A stretch of DNA of 63,835 nt, filler included, from Perkinsus olseni (Eukaryota), in NCBI GenBank assembly GCA_013115125.1. It is 14 parts of 14 records of this genome, joined end to end, with 100 filler letters (N's around TTAATTAATTAA, not from the genome) between each part and the next. Parts side by side here need not be neighbours in the genome. Positions count along the whole stretch, not along the records: positions 59,420 to 63,835 come from JABANN010001278.1; 13 more parts are not named here. One strand, written 5' to 3'. The position numbers and the translations under genes were made by a program. Within the stretch, counting starts at the first letter, position 1; each line of letters begins with the position of its first letter. The notes beneath the pieces are model-generated. The model had not been told where the DNA came from. It did not search any database and saw only the letters and a program-made list of their open reading frames with translations. This document shows positions 63,388 through 63,835 of this stretch, in pieces.

Positions 63388-63835
63388 GGCAGCAGGGCAA
63401 ATGCTTGAAGCTGAGGAGACTCTACGCTTGGCGAACGCGAAGTGTAACGAGGTATTTCACTATGATATGGACGATTATGAATGACGGCTACAACCAGCTA
63501 TGCAGGACGAAGCCGCTGACGCAACGAAGCCGCCGTGTTCTCGGGAGCGCGACAGGATCGCGGTGAGATTCGGCCCACGAGACGCTCATGCCGCAGACTT
63601 ACTCATTTGGTCACAGGCTGGTGGTGGAATTCGGCGACCGCACGAAAAATGTGGGCGGGCGAGAAGTGCATCGAGATATATTCAAGTCGAAATGACGAAT
63701 AGAGGTGGGCGACCGTACTAAATTTTAGGAAAGTACGGTACGGAGTACGTCTGAAACCGTAGATCTAGGCACACTCGCAGCAAAGCCGCTAGACGTGCGA
63801 TCTCGAGTTAGGCATTCATTGTGTTGCGATGGAGG

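Noticed and set aside
1-63835. Whole window as a giant TIR element or linear replicon, since the two ends are reverse complements
   Set aside because: The ends belong to different size-sorted contigs joined by artificial spacers; a shared repeat that breaks the assembly explains the match.

Overview
This is not one locus. It is 14 unrelated contigs of about 4.4-4.5 kb, sorted by decreasing length and joined by 100-nt artificial spacers (N44-TTAATTAATTAA-N44), so adjacency across spacers means nothing. The DNA is eukaryotic and about 50% GC, with many ~45-60-nt GT-AG introns. Gene content and style suggest an alveolate, most likely Perkinsus (inference). Housekeeping genes: an amino-acid transporter, tRNA-Thr(CGT), RPB12, a BUD13 last exon, UTP7/WDR46, SepSecS, a GH30 fragment, two tandem ethanolamine-phosphate cytidylyltransferases, an AGPAT-type acyltransferase, adrenodoxin reductase and an aldo-keto reductase. 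Lineage-specific genes include secreted proteins, a pair of double AP2-like-domain genes and a catalytically dead subtilisin. Mobile DNA is abundant: a complete intron-containing hAT transposon (11-bp TIR, 8-bp TSD) splitting an ORF, a decayed DIRS/Ngaro-type tyrosine-recombinase retroelement, MITEs and LTR remnants. The most unusual pattern is a window-wide set of palindromes centred on a single nucleotide. Two of them sit exactly at frameshifts, suggesting hairpin or snap-back repair scars. Other leads are long structured introns in UTP7 (candidate snoRNA hosts) and a 15-bp-phased TACAG array.
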